Shown piece by piece: positions 12,675 to 27,689 of a stretch of 64,000 bases of DNA (position 1 is the first letter of the stretch; each line of letters starts with the position of its first letter). Below the pieces are notes generated by a model that ran no database searches, was not told the DNA's origin, and saw only the letters and a program-made list of their open reading frames with translations. Both the position numbers and the translations under genes were made by a program. Origin of the DNA: Cenococcum geophilum (Eukaryota); assembly GCA_050273025.1 (NCBI GenBank), contig CP158636.1, positions 1,674,001-1,738,000 of the forward strand. Direction: 5' to 3'.

Positions 12675-15600
12675 GGTAATAATACTAGTATAATAGAAGA
12701 TACTAACTCTTAGCTAGTTACCGTTAGACAGCTACAGGAAATAGTTAATCGATTAATAGATAATAATAAGATACTTAAAGAAAGGATTAGTAGGATCGGA
12801 GCAGCTAAGGTTAAGTTACCCTTAATTAAGCAATTCTTAGGAGAGAAGTTAAAGCTTAAGGGATTCCTTATATAAATGCACTTTAAAGTTATATAGGAAG
12901 GAGTTAAACTAGGAACGCCTATGGATTAAGTTACTTACGTAGGATTGTTCTTAATGGGAAGGGCACTTAAGTGGTTTAAACTATACCTTACGGAAATATA
13001 AGAACACGGTATAATAACCACTAATTAGGAGGTTTGGTATATATTCTTAAGTTAAAACGGGTTTACGGAATAGTTAATATAAATATTTAGAGACCTAGAG
13101 GCAACTACTACGGCAGAAAGATAACTTTAAAACCTAGTATAGAGGACTTTAGCAATTAAGTACATGACGTAGTTTTAAATATTAGTAATATAGGTTAAAT
13201 AGAATAATAAAGCGCTTATGGTATAGTATAAACAGGGACTTAAGGTAAAAGTCTAGGATGTAATTATTCTAATAAAAGATGCGGATACTCTTAGGAATTT
13301 AATTAATTAAGCAATTAAGATTAATAATAGGATCTACTAAAGAGAGCAGACTAAGAAAGGTTAGGACAGAGTTCTATAGTTGTATAAGGCGCAAGGCACG
13401 CAATAATAAAGTTAAAGTTAAAAACTATAGTATGGCGCAGAGCTAATAGACCTAAGTAGTACTAAAGAAAATAAGAAATAGAATAAATGGCTATGGAAAC
13501 CTAGAGGATAAGGATTAAGTAATTAAAGGTCTAAGGAGCAGAGGCTAAACTAGGGATCTTAATAGCAGAAGACGTTTAGGCGGACTTTATAGCAAGAAAA
13601 ATGGTTTAAAGAAGGAGCTTATATAAATTATGGAAAATAGGGTTACTACGTAGTAAAAGGAATAAGACTAGCAGAAGACATATATATATAGAGGGATAAT
13701 AGTATACTACAAGGAACAAAAAAATATTTAATTAAAAGTTTTATATTTTGTTATAATAACGCATACTAAATTTATAAAGACGCTAAGTATAGCGCAAGCT
13801 ACTGGCTATAAGAGCTAAAGTTAGTAGAGTTTAGAGGAACTAACGAACCAGTTCGTAGATCGGACATTAAGGACGATAAGTTTAATATAGGTAAAACATT
13901 TTATAATAATAAGGTAATAAAAGCAGCTTACTAGAAGTATATAAACCTTAAAGATATTATACTAGAGGTAGAGGATAATTCTACCACAGAATAGGGAATA
14001 TTAGTTGGGATTAAGACCCTACTAGATATAATGTCTATCGCTTTACGAGATGCAAGAGAAGTAGGACAGCGAACCACTTCGGCACTTAATAAAGGCAAAA
14101 GGCTAAAAGCTTAAGATTCTTAAGACGAGATGAGGTAAGCTTAAAGACCCACAATAGACGATAACCGATGGAGTAGAGTAATAGCTTAGTTTAGCAATAT
14201 ACGAATAAGCTTAGGACGAAGTTTCCTAAAGATATAAGACTTTTAAAACGAGATAAGTAAGATTTAAGACTCTTAAAATAAGATAAGGACACTAGTAAAG
14301 CCTAATTAAACTAAGGCTAGAGTAAAGCTTAAGGTAGAAGTAAGCTTAGGATTAAGAATCCTATAGGACTAAGATTTCTAGAAATAAATAAGGATTACTA
14401 AAGAAATTACGAATAGAATCTAGTAATAGAATTAAAATATTAATACTAAGATTAAGAAGTAAGAAGACTTTAAAGATCTATCTATAAGATACAAACTAAA
14501 AAAAACTATAAAAGAATTTAGATAAGAATTATTATATAGTAAGAACAGAAACTAGATAAGAGATTTAGCATATTGGGATGTATAAAGGACAGAGCACTAG
14601 TATAAAGAATTACCAATAGGCTTAGAGCAGGTATATTAAGAGCTAAATAACTTACTAAACTAGAAAACAAAGAGGATCTAGGGATTACTACTAGGTTTAA
14701 GGAATAATATATAAAGGGCTGTCACAATATAGTAATAAGAAGATACTTCCTTACGGATAAGCCGTATATACTTTAATAGCTATACTAAAAGTAGCATAGG
14801 TAGCGACATAACGATAAGTGGGAAGATTTCTATATATGGTTAGATAAATAAGTTATTTAAAACCACTTAATTATAAAGAAGGCTATAACTTATATTAGAG
14901 GAGCCTTAGTTATAATATTAAAGGATTTAGAGGAATAATTAGAGGACTAAAGGAGCGAGAGACGCATCTTAGTACCTACAAATAAGGTTGCAATATTTAG
15001 ATTAATATAATAGAAGTTTAAACTTAAAGGCGAAGATAAGCTAAGAGTTAACCTAAAGCACCTAGCGTACTATACGCTATCGTAGATTGTATATATGGAT
15101 AATATATATAAGATATATAAAAACCTAAAGGAAAAGAATTAGAAATACCTTATAAAGATATATTAGGCGCCAGATAAGCAATAATATAGAAATACTAAGT
15201 ATATATACAGCTAGCATCTAATAAAAACCTAAGAGGAAGGAGACTTAATACTTTAACCAGGAAGATTCCTTATAGAAGAATGCTTAGACAGATAATAGTA
15301 GTAGGAATACCTAAAGAATATATATCTATAGTATATTAAAGACAAAAAGCAAACTAGGCATTAGCTAAAGAACGAGCTAAGTATAATAGGATTAAGCAGC
15401 TAATAGTTAGGAAAAGTAGAGGCTTACAGGACTAGAGGGAGCTAGTAGTAAAGCCTTAAACCCTTAAAGGAATTTAAGGACAATACCTAAATTTACGAGT
15501 TAAATAGTAAAATTAGCAGTTTAAAGCACTAATAGATAGTGGAGCAATGCGAAACCATATCTTACTAGCAGCAGTTAAGAGAATAGGATTACCTTATAGA

Positions 15601-15899
15601 TAGAAGGAACAACCTTACCTATTAGTTACAATTTTAGGAGATCCAATAACCTATAGAGGAGGGATTATTAATCTTAAAATAGGACCTATTTAAATAACCA
15701 TTAAAGGAAGATAAATTAAGATGTCTTTTAATATCCTACTATTAGGACGGGATAAGGCAGTATTAAGAATACCTTAGTTATAGGAATATAATATAAAGAT
15801 TAATTAGATTACAGGACAAGTTAATATTAGGGATACTTAACGCCGTAGAATGTAACAATAAACTAAGTTAGTATAGTACTAAGTTGGAGCAATATATAA

Positions 15900-17164
15900 T
15901 AATAATTCATTGCTTAACGTCCGATTCGGATCCCTATTAGGCCCACGCGGACTACTCCTTATATACATGTGGGGAGAAAACTCTATTTAAGAAAACCCCG
16001 TAATCCATCTCCCCGCCTTATGGGACTCGCCTATGAGGCGCCTGCGAGGCGCCTGCGAGTTACCTATAGTGCTCCTACTACCTTACTTTTTAACCTCCTT
16101 AGGAACCACTACTGCCGTAACAAGCCTACGGACGCGCTAGTATCGCAAACTTTACTCTACTGCTATAGAGTCATTAGGGGGCACCTATTACTCGCCCCCC
16201 TGCCTTCTATTGCCATTTCCTTTGCAACCCGGAACTAGTTTAGTACATTTTAGCTAATAAGCCACTAGGTAACCGCCTTAAGGCCTTTTTATGTTAAGAG
16301 CAGTATCTTATAGTTCTCTATGCCAGCTACTAAGAGCATTACTTCTTAGTTAGTACGTAAGGGGCATAGCAGTATTACGTGCTTTAGTGTCTATTTTGGC
16401 CAGCCATATTCGTATCTCGGGCTACCTACTAGGACACCCACCCAGTAGAGCCAGTCTTTTAGTCCTATTACTCCTGTTCTTAAAAGTATTGCTATTATAT
16501 TTTCTACCTTTGTTAGGCCTTCTTAGAGCCCTAGAGTGTTTACCCCCCATAGCATTAACCATGCTACGGCTTAGGTTCTTCTTGCCTTAGTTAACCTCTA
16601 TACCTTTAACTCCCATACGCCTCTCTAGCGTTGGTTTAGCCAGTATTACATTACGGTAGTTGGTTTCCTAGCGTTCTTTTATACTTTACTTTAGCTCTTT
16701 TCTCTCTCTTGCTATTGTCCTTACTGGCCTCTTACGCGTCTCCCTTCCTCCTCTATATGGGCCTGGGCCCTAGAGCAGCACTATTCTTCTTCTACTTTCT
16801 TCACCTATTTCTCTAATATATCTTCCCTACTTTGGGGTTATTGGTTTATTCTCCTATAAGGCGCCCTAGGGTCCCTCTATAGTTTATTTAGGCGTGTCTT
16901 AATATACTTTGTAACATTAAAGTTATGTTCCTTTTGTGCCCTTTATATTGCAGCGGCTTCAATATATAGTTGTAGGGGGGGAATATTAGCTTCCTTCTTA
17001 AGCAGTGCTGTAGCCGTTCGCTTATATCCGCCTATTATACTCCAGAGGCAGGCTGTTTGGACCTTTTGGAGTGGTTTAAGGAGCGATTTGGGGGGGCCTT
17101 TCTCAGATTCTCCAATGGCCCAAATACTGGACCCATACGTCATGGTTAGCCGGATAACTGCTGT
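15900..17164 (-). mobile_element. 5'-truncated Tad1-like LINE fragment (post-RT region, CCHC finger, 3' UTR)
   Basis: 12-bp TSD AGCAATATATAA at 15888-15899 and 17165-17176; short (ATT)n tail. ORF 16943-17143 reads TYGSSIW..LQKVQTACL..I.GGYKRT.T..L..EA.IPPL. A RIP-ed CxC...HV...CP knuckle lies at ~16360-16420. Confidence 0.85.
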
Positions 17165-20100
17165 AGCAATATATAAAGAGACTAAGCGAGGCTTAAGTTA
17201 TATACTAAAAAGATACTATAAGTATAGTAAGAAACTATAGAGCCCAGAAAGTAAAAAGCTAGTAGATTATATAGTATAGGACTATAAGATAGAGTTAAAA
17301 CTAGAAATAAGTCTAAAATTCTTTTTAACCTATAAGCTTACTTAAGAGGAGGCGAGCGTACTTAAAGAGTTTGTCCAGGAAAACCTACAAAAGGGATATA
17401 TTAGACTATTATAGTTATCAGCAGGTTATCTAGTACTGTTTATACTAAAGAAGAACGGAAAACTTAGGTTATGTATTAACTATAAATAGTTAAATAGCAT
17501 CACTTAAAAGGATAGGTATCCTTTACCCTTAATTAACGAAATCTAAGATTGGATAGGTAACGCGCAAATCTTTACCAAGATAGCTCTAAGGTGGGCGTAC
17601 TATTAGATTAGAATTAAGGAAGGTAATAAATAGAAGGCAGCCTTTAGATTAAGAGAAGGACTATATAAACTATTAGTTATGCAATTTGGATTAATAAATA
17701 CACCCGCAACATTTTAAAAAAGAATTAATAGTATATTAGGAGAACACCTTAATAAGGTTATTATAGTATACCTTAATAATATTATTATCTACTTAATAAT
17801 TAAGGAAGAATACGGGGAATACATTAAATAGGTCTTAAAGAGACTATAAAAAGAATAGATGCCAGTAATAATTAAAAAATGTAAGTTCTTTACCAGAAAG
17901 ACCGATTTTATTAAATTTATTATTAAACTAGGTTATATTAGTATGGACCTAAAGAAGATTAAAGCTATAGTGAGTTGGTAAGAACTAGAGAATGTGACGC
18001 AGTTAAGGTTATTTTTAGGGGTTTATAACTACTATAGAAGGTTTATAGTATAATGGTTAAAGAATATTAAACCATTTACCAGGCTTATAAAGAAAGAGGA
18101 ACTATAGGTATAGGGAGACAAACAAAGAAAGTTATTTAAGGAACTTAAGGAGTTATTTACCTAGGAGCTAATCCTTAAGATCTACTAACTAGAACTAGAC
18201 ACGGTTATAGAAATAGATATATTAGACTACGTACTAGGGGTATATTTGCTACAGAAGTATAAGGACGTATAGCATCCAGTATTATACTATAGTAGAAAGA
18301 TAACACTACCAGAGTTAAACTATAATGTCTATAATAAGGAGTTATTAGGTATAGTTGCAGCACTTAAGGAATAAAGAGCATTCTTATAAGGCGTAGAGAA
18401 ACCATTTATAGTTAAGACAGATTATAAAAACCTAATAGGGTTCCTAACGATAAAAAAACTTAATTAAAGACAAGTTAAATAGGCAGAGATGCTTATAGAA
18501 TATTATTTTAAGATTTAATATACTAAAGGAACTAAGAATATAAGAGCAGACGTATTTAGCAGAAAAGCTAAACTATAAAATAATAAGAAGCCATTAGGAG
18601 CAATACTACGCAGAGATAAGGATAGATGGATTAGGTATAACTACCCTAAACTAGTAGCAACTTAAAAGGATAATAAACTAGAAAGAGTCTACAAGATACT
18701 AGAAAGCTTTTAGGCATAAAGAATTCTAGAAGCACAGCTAGAAGATCTATAAATAGATATATACGAAAATTAAGAAGTAAAGTATATCCTAAAAAGCATA
18801 GCAGAATACTTCGTGGAAGATTTCTATAAGGGAATAACTTAAGAATATAATGGAGTAATAGGCTTAGTATTAAGACTTTAGGAAGAGTATTATATTAACG
18901 AAATCTAGAATATTATAAGAAAAGTAATAAAAGAATATCTAAATTACTAAAGGAATAAACTAATAAGGCATAAGCTATATAGAGGGCTATAACCTATTAA
19001 AATACCAGAGAGACCATAGGAGGTCATATTATAGGACTTTATCGTTAAGTTACCAAAGTTAAGAGATCCTATTACTGGACAAGATTATAACGCAATCTTA
19101 GTAATAGTGGATAAGTTAACTAAATAGGGCTGCTTTATAGTATATATAGAAGAAATATTAGCGAAGGATGTCGCTAGAATTTATATTAAGTGTTTATAAG
19201 ACATAGGGCACTAAGTAAGATTATATTAGATAGAGATCTAAGATTTATAGCAGTATTTTAAAAGGTATTCTTAGCAGAACAAGGAGTTTAAGCAGTAACT
19301 TCTACCGCATATTACCCGCAGACAGACGGTTAGACAGAAAGGTTAAATTAGACGCTAGAGTAGTATCTAAGACATTATATTAACCATGTATAGAATAATT
19401 AGGTATCGCTATTACCAGTTATATAGTTTATATATAATATAACACTATAGGAAGGAATAGGCATATTACTATTTAAGGCAAATTATAGATATAAGCTAAG
19501 AATATTGTTATTACTATAATAAGTAAAGAAAACGAGTAGCACAGCTAAAGAAAGAATAAAGATATTAATAAATCTTTATGCAGACCTTATAGAATTAATA
19601 AAGAAAGTATAAAAAAGAATAAAAAAGTACTATAACGCTAAAAGATCTAAGGGACTAGATCTTAAGGAGGGAGATAAAGTATAGCTACTATACAAAATTT
19701 TTAAGAGTTAATAACTAAGTAAGAAGTTAGACTATGTTAGACTAGGGCCTTTTAAAATTATATAGAGGATTTTACTAGTTACGTTTAAATTAAACCTACT
19801 AGCTAAGATAAAGATCTACCCTATATAGTATATCGTAATGCTAGAACTAGCATATAGAGATATTAAACTACTAGTTTACGAAGCAGATATATGTAGAGGA
19901 TAAGAGGAAGACAAATGGTAAGTTTTAAAGATTGTTAGTTATAAGGATATTAACAACGAAATATAGTATAAAGTTAAGTAGATAGGCTATAATAAGACTA
20001 CCTAGGAACTACTAAAGAATCTAAAGAACGCTATAAGAAAGGTATAGGAGTATTAAAAGAAATTAGGTCAGGCAGTATTAATAAAGAAGGATTACTAAAA

Positions 20101-23100
20101 AATAAGTCGCCTAAGGGGGACCTAAAAAGAGTAGTTACTAAACTACTTAGATCTATTTCCTTCTTAGTTAGAAGAGAATCCGTTCTTTTATTACCAAGTT
20201 CCTATAAACCTTATTTTATAAGTTTCTACTCTTTAAAACGGACCTTCTTACGAACCTTCTTAAGATAGATTAACTAAGTAGACGCCGTAAGATAAGACTT
20301 AAGGGCCCGTTACTAAGCATTAGCAGCCTCCTGTTTAGCATTATAAGAATAACGCAATTCTGCTAGGGTGACTAATAGTTTATTATCTGGCTACGTAGCA
20401 GCAGATTAAATATAAGACCCTAAAACAAATTAGTTAAGGAACTGGACGACTATTAAGAGTAATAGGTCGCGTATATTTAGCATTAAAAACGGAGCAAACG
20501 TTATAGGATAAATAAATATTCGCTTTAATGCACTCTAAGTAAGAGGATGGTTATCGCGAAGATAGACTTACTAATATAATATAAACTAACCCCTCTTTTA
20601 CATAATAAGAATATGGAGACGGTATAATCTTACTAAGAGACAATATTATAACGATGGTACGAGTATAATAAGCAGTTAAAGAAGAAGGAGCTTTAGGTAT
20701 AATAAGCAATAATATTAACCAAATTAATTAGACGGACATTATACCTCTAGTAAATAACTTAGAGATATTTAGAACCTTTAAGGACGAAGATAAAAAGGGG
20801 GGAGATAGTGTTACGGACGCTTTAAGTACAATATTACGACTACTTAAAGAGGAGTTAAAAGAAGCTAGTTAGTTAATATAAGCACGGTCTAAAATAGAGC
20901 CGATAGAGCTATGTGACGAGAAATAGTAACTAAGGTTACATAACGTGATCTATATAATCTATAATAGAGTAAATAGAGTATACGTACCTTACGTATAAAG
21001 GGGATTTCTTAGAAGTACGGTTGTGTATTTAAAGGACTATAGTCCCTACCTAGATAGTTCTTTCCTTTGTAGTAAATCTTAGAATATAATTAGAGTTAAT
21101 CTATTAGGCAACCACTCCACTAGTTATTATTACGTTGTTAATTTCTTGTTTACCTATATACCTAGCCCATTAATAAGCCTACCGTAGTTTCTGCTATAAG
21201 GCTTCGTTATATATAGAATATATAAATATAAGGTACTTTCTTTTAGACTAACTAACGGACTAGCTATGTATTAGCAGTATATAAACAATATACTTTTTAA
21301 CTACCTTAACGACTTATATATAGCCTACCTAAATAAGATTATAATTTACTTTAAGAATAAGTTAGAATATAAGGTGCACGTTTATAAGGTTCTATAACAG
21401 CTTTATATAGCTAGCCTCTAGGCTAATATTAAGAAGTTAGAATTTAGTATTAAGCGTACTAAGTACTTAGGGCTTATTATTAGTATAAATAGAATTAAGA
21501 CTAACCTAGAGAAAACGGCTATAATTAACTAGTAGATACCCTTACGGACTGTAAACGGGGTATAGTTATTTTTAAGTTTCTATAACTTCTACTAACACTT
21601 TATTAAGAACTATAGTAGAATTACTCGGCCTCTTAACCGTCTTAATAGAAAAGACTAGCCCTTTTACTTTAACGCTATATATAGGCAGGCCTTTAATAAG
21701 CTTAAAGAAAGGCTAGTATCAGCTCCCCTACTTGCCCACTTTAACCTAAAATGGCCCTCTATACTAGAAACTAATGCCTTAAACGGCGTAATAGCTAGTA
21801 TTTATTCCTAGAAGTAACCTAACGGAAAATAGTACCCTATTATATACTATTTAAAGACTATAGTAGACGCTAAGCTAAACTACTATATCTATAATAAAGA
21901 AATACTAGCTATTATCTCTAGCTTTTAGCACTAGCGTATATAGCTAAAGGGGACCCCTAAACCCGTCTAGATAGTATTAGATTATAAGGCCCTAAAATAT
22001 TTTATAATAATAAAAGCCCTTATAGCCTGGTAGGCACGCTAGGCGAATATCCTATCTTAGTTTAACTTTCTAATTATATATAGGCTAGGTACTATAAACC
22101 GTCCGGATGCTTTTATAAAGCGTAAATAGGACCTAAATAACTAGGTGGCTATAAAGATCTCATTATAGACCTAAATACTACTATAACTAGAGCATCTCAA
22201 CCCCTAAATATGGGTAAAACTAAGTATAGACTCTTTAGGCGCCAAGATGTATCCTATTAACCCCTTAGAACTTAACTTTATTAATAAACTATTGCAAATA
22301 AACCGTACAGCCCCTTCTCTATAGAAATACTGTAAAAAGGCAAAAAATATTACTAGCCTATAGTCCCTTAAAAATAGATTACTTAAGTATTAGAAACGGC
22401 TAGTAGTAGTAAAGGAATAGAACTTATAGACTTGGCTTATTACTAAAGGATATACCTAAGTCTCTACAGCCTACCTTAGAAAAAATAAGACCTATAGGAT
22501 TATTAGCAATCGCTACTATTAGCCCGAAATAGTTATAGATATTAACCATTACGTACGGAACCACGACAGCTGCTATAGATCTATAATCCTACGAGATAAG
22601 ACCTTAGGACTATTAAAACTACTTCTAATACTAGAACGCCCCTAATAGTATATCTCTATAGACCATAACGGATACAATATAGTTATAATCCTAGTTAACT
22701 ACTTTAGCAAGCGCCCGTTTTTAATCCCCTATTATAAGAATATTAATACTAAAGAAGCGGCCTAAATATATATTTACTACGTCTACCAAATTTACGGATT
22801 ATTAGATACCATTACATCCAATTATAGGCCGTAATTTATATTAGCTTTCTAGAATAAGTTTACCTAGATCTTAAGCATTAATCTAAAGCTTTTAGTAGTA
22901 TACTACTCCTAAATAGACGGTTAGACAGAGATTATAAATCAATACTTAAACTAAAGACTTTAGTCCTTTATTAACTACTTCTAAGATAACTAGGCTAAAC
23001 TTAATACTTATGCTTAACTAAGCCGTCTTATAAAGGTTTGTAAAAGGTATACTTAAAAAAGCTATATTTTGTAGAGTAAGGTCTCTTTAAGCTTAAGCTT

Positions 23101-26100
23101 AAGAAGGCCAAAAAGGATTCTAATTAAAAAGAGGCTGAATTAGTTTATACGTTAATAGTAGATCCCTTAGATAATCTGGCTTATCTATCACCCTTAACTA
23201 ATCCCTCTATCTTTAGCTCTTTTTTAATATTTCCTAACCTATTCTCTTTTAATACTCCTATACCTTTTTTATAGCGTTCTTTAAATTCTATAGTAGCTCC
23301 TAAGTAGTCTCGTTATAGCCTATCTACTTTACTTTATACTATATTTTATTATTAATGTCCTTATAATTTACGACCTTTAAAACTTACTATTTATTTTCCT
23401 TTTATCCTCTATATATATCTGCCTTATAAACTAGTAACTCTACGTCTCTATACGCTAGCTTTAATATTATAATATACTATATAGGGTAGATCTTTATTTT
23501 TGCTAGTAAGTTAAGTCTATATATAACTTCTAAAATCTTAGCTATAATTTTAAATAGTTCTAGTCTAACGTAGTCTAACTTCTTACTTAGTTACTAACTC
23601 GTAAAATTTTTATATAATAGCTATACTTTATCCCCCTCCTTTAGATCTAGTCCCTTAGATCTCTTAGCATTATAGTACCTTTTTATCTTTTTTTATACTA
23701 GTTTTATTATAAAATAGAGGTCTTTATAAAGATTTATTAGAGTTTCTATTTTTTTTCTTTACTATACCACTTATTCTCTTTACTTATTATAGTAATAATA
23801 ATATTCTAGGCTTACACCTATAATTTGCCTAAAATAGTAATATCTTTATACCTTTTTATAGTGTTATATTATATACAAACTATATAACTAGTAATAACGA
23901 TACCTAATTATTCTATACGTAATTTATATAATACCTTAAATACTATTCTAGTATTTAGTTTAATCTTTCTATCTATTTATCTATCTGCAGATAATATATA
24001 GTAGAAGTTACTATCCTAACTCCTTATTCCGCTAAAAATACCTCTTAAAATACTGCTATAAATCTTAAATCTCCATATAATATAATCTTACTTAGTGCTC
24101 TATATCTTATAAATACTTCTTTAATATAGATTTTAGTAATATTTTCTACTAAGATTTCTTCTATATATGCTATAAAGTAGCCCTATTGAGTTAACTTGTC
24201 CACTATTACTAAAATTATATTATACTCCTATCCAGTAATAGGATCTTTTAACTTTAGTAACTTTATAATAAAGTTTTATAATATAACTTCCTATAGTCTT
24301 TCTAGTACCTTAATAGGCTATAGCTTTCTATATAGCTTATACCCCATTAGCTTATTTCTTTAATAATTTAGATACTCCTTTATAACTTTTCTTACTGTTA
24401 GAATATATAGACAGGAATATATAGACAGGTTACATAGTTACATGTCTCTGATTTATAACGGAACCTTATAGCAGGAACTACAATAGGCTTATTAATAAGC
24501 TAGGTATATAGGTAATGCAAATTAAAGTCAATAACGTAATAATAACTAGTAGAGTGGTTGCCTAATAGATTAACTCTAATTATATTCTAAGAATTACTAT
24601 AAGGAAGGAACTATCTAAGTAGGGACTATAGTCCTTTAAATATATAACCGTACTCCTATAAAATCCTCCTTATATATAATATACGTGTACTCTATTTACT
24701 CTATTACGGATTATATAGATTCTATAGATTCTATAGATTATATTATATAACTTTAGTTACTATTCCTTGTTATATAGTTCTATTAGCTCTATCCTAAACC
24801 ATACTTAGATTAACTAACTAGCTTCTTTTAACTCTTCCCTAAGTAGTTATAATATTATACTTAAAGCGTCCATAACACTATCTCCCTCCTCTTTATCTTT
24901 ATCCTTAAAGATTTTAAATATCTCTAAGTTATTTACTAGAGGTGTAATATCCGTCTAATTAATTTAGTTAATACTATTACTTATTATACCTAAAGCAATT
25001 TCTTTGTCCTTAACTGTTCGGCGTGCTCGCACTATTTCTATAATACTATCTCTTAGTAAGATTATACCGTCTCCGTATTCTCGTTGTTTAAAAAAGGGGT
25101 TAGTTTATATTACGTTAGCGAACCCATCTTTATAACAACTATCCTCTTATTTAAAGTGCACTAAAGTAAATATTTATTCGTCCTATAATATTCGCTCTGT
25201 CTCTAATACTAAATATACGCAACCTATTATCCTAAGTAGTCGTCTAGTTCCCTAGTTAATTTATCTTAGGGTTTTATATTTAGTCTATTACTACACAGCT
25301 AAATAATAAACTGTCCGTCGCTCTAGCGAAGTTATGCCGTTCCTATAACGTAAAACAGGAGGCTACTAATACTTAGTAATGGGCTCTTAAGTCTTGTCTT
25401 ACGGCGTCTACTTAGTTAATCCGTCTTAAAAAGGTTTATAAGAAGGTTTATTTTAAAGAGTAAAAACTTATAGAATAGGGTTTATAGGAACTTAGTAATA
25501 AAAGAACGGATTCTCTTCTAATAGAGAAGGAAATAGATCCGAGTAGTTTAGTAACTGCTCTTTTTAGGTCCCCCTTAGGTAACTTATTCTTTAGCGATCC
25601 TTTTTTATTAATACTGCCTAACCTAATTTCTTTTAATACTTCTATACCTTTCCTATAGCGTTCTTTAAATTTTCTAGTAGTTTTTAGGTAGTTTTAGTAT
25701 AGCCTATTTACTTAACCTTGTACTATATTTCGCTATTAATATTCTTATAACTAACGATTTTTAAAACTTACTATTTGTCCTCTTTTTATTCTTTATACGT
25801 ATCTGCTTTATAAACTAGTGGCTTAATATTCCTATATACTAGTTTTAGCATTGCGATATACTATATAGGGTAGATCTTTATCTTAGCTAGTAGGTTTAAC
25901 TTAAACGTAACTAGTGAAATTTTTTACGTAATTTTAAAAGGTTCTAGTCTAACGTAGTCTAACTTCTTACTTAGTTGTTAACTCTTAAAATTTTTATATA
26001 GTAGCTATGCTTTATCTCCCTCCTTAAGATCTAGTCCCTTAGATCTCTTAGTATTATAGTACTTTTTTATTCTTTTTTATACTATCTTTACTAATTCCAT

Positions 26101-27689
26101 AAGGTCTATATAAAGATTTATTAACGTCTTTATTCTTTCTTTAGCTATGCTACTTATTTTCTTCACTTATTATAGTAATAATAATATTCTTAGCTTATAC
26201 CCGTAATTTGCCTTAAATAGTAATATGCCTATTCCTTCTTATAGTGTTATATTATATATAAACTATATAACTAGTAATAATAATACCCAATTATTCTATA
26301 TATAATTAATATAGTACCTTAGATACTATTTTAGTGTCTAATTTAATCTTTCCGTCTAACTATCTGTCTGCGGATAATATACGGTAGAAGTTACTGCTCT
26401 AACTCCTTATTCCGCTAAAAATACCTCCTAAAATGCTACTATAAATCTTAGATCTCTATCTAATATAATCTTATTTAGTACTCCATATCTTATAAACACT
26501 TCTTTAATATAGATTTTAGCGACATCTTCTGCTAATATTTCTTCTGTATATACTATAAAGTATCTCTACTTTATAAGCTTATTTACTATTACTAAGATTA
26601 TATTATAATCTTGTCTAGTAATAGGGTCTCTTAACCTTAGCAACTTAATAATAAAGTCCTATAATATAACCTCCTATAGTCTTTTTAGTATTTTAATAGG
26701 TTATAGCCCTCTATATAGCTTATACCTTATTAGTTTATTTCTTTAGCAATCTAGATACTCTTTTATAACTTTTCGTACTAAGCCCTAGATTTTATTAATA
26801 ATATACTCCTCTTAGAGTTTTAATACTAAGCCTGTGGCTCTATTGTGTCCCTAAGTTATTCCCTTATAGAAATCTTCTATAAAGTGCTCTGCTATGCTTT
26901 TTAGGATATACTTAACTTCTTAGTTTTTGTATATATTTATTTATAGATCTTCTAGCTGTGCTTTTAAAATTCTTTATGCCTAAAAGCTTTCTAGTAACTT
27001 ATAGATCTTCTTTGGTTTCTCCTAAGTTGCTATAATTTTTAGGTAATTGTATCTAATTAATCCGTCTATATCTTTTTATAGTAAAGCCCCTAATAGCTTT
27101 TTGTTAATTTATAGTTTAGCTTTCTAACTTAAAGCGTCTGCCCTTATGTTATCTATACCCTTAGTATACTAAATCTTAAAATGGTATTTTGTAAATATCT
27201 CTACCTATTTAACCTATCTTTAGTTAAGTTCCTTTATTATTAAAAATCCTGTTAGGTTCTTATAATCCGTCTTAACTATAAATAGTTTCTCTATGCCTTA
27301 TAAGAATGCTTTTTATTTCTTTAGTGCTATAATTATACCTAATAACTCCTTGTTATAGATGTTATAGTTTAGCTCTAGTAGTATTATCTTTTAACTATAG
27401 TATACTACTAGATGCCATCTATCTTAATATTTCTGTATAAAGTATGCCCCTAGTATATAGTCTGTCTGTACGAGTAGAGGTTACGTAGTTATGTCTCTAA
27501 TTAGTCATCCTTACGGTGACTTATCAGCCCCCTATTTAGGTACCGCGATCCTTATAATCCTCTGCGAAAGACATAAATGAATTAAAGAACCTGTTACCTT
27601 ATATTGCAATTATAGTACCCCCCTAGGTGATACCGACACTAATTAGTTGATATCATAGATTAGCCAGGTGTTATTACGAAGAGAGGTAC

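Larger units (their letters stand above)
5875..21211 (+). mobile_element. Full-length chromoviral Ty3/Gypsy element B (RIP-degraded), carrying nested Copia and LINE
   Basis: LTRs at 5875-6295 and 20809-21211; TSD TATAG at 5870-5874 and 21212-21216; PPT AAAAAGGGGGGAGATAG before the 3' LTR. gag from ~12700, protease KALIDSGA at ~15523, RT YLDD mutated to YLNN at ~17770, then RNase H, integrase and a chromodomain (W..KW.GY..TTWEP..NL) at ~19900-20040. Confidence 0.92.
3497..23003 (+). mobile_element. Ty3/Gypsy element A (RIP-degraded), interrupted by element B and 3'-truncated
   Basis: Probable 5' LTR at ~3497-3644. The RT N-half at ~5530-5874 reads as RIP-ed [48 protein letters not shown]. It resumes in register at 21217 (YKYKVLPFGLTNGPA..YLDE-like), followed by RNase H and integrase (SDRGPQF-like at ~22815). 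Homology ends at ~23003. Confidence 0.8.
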
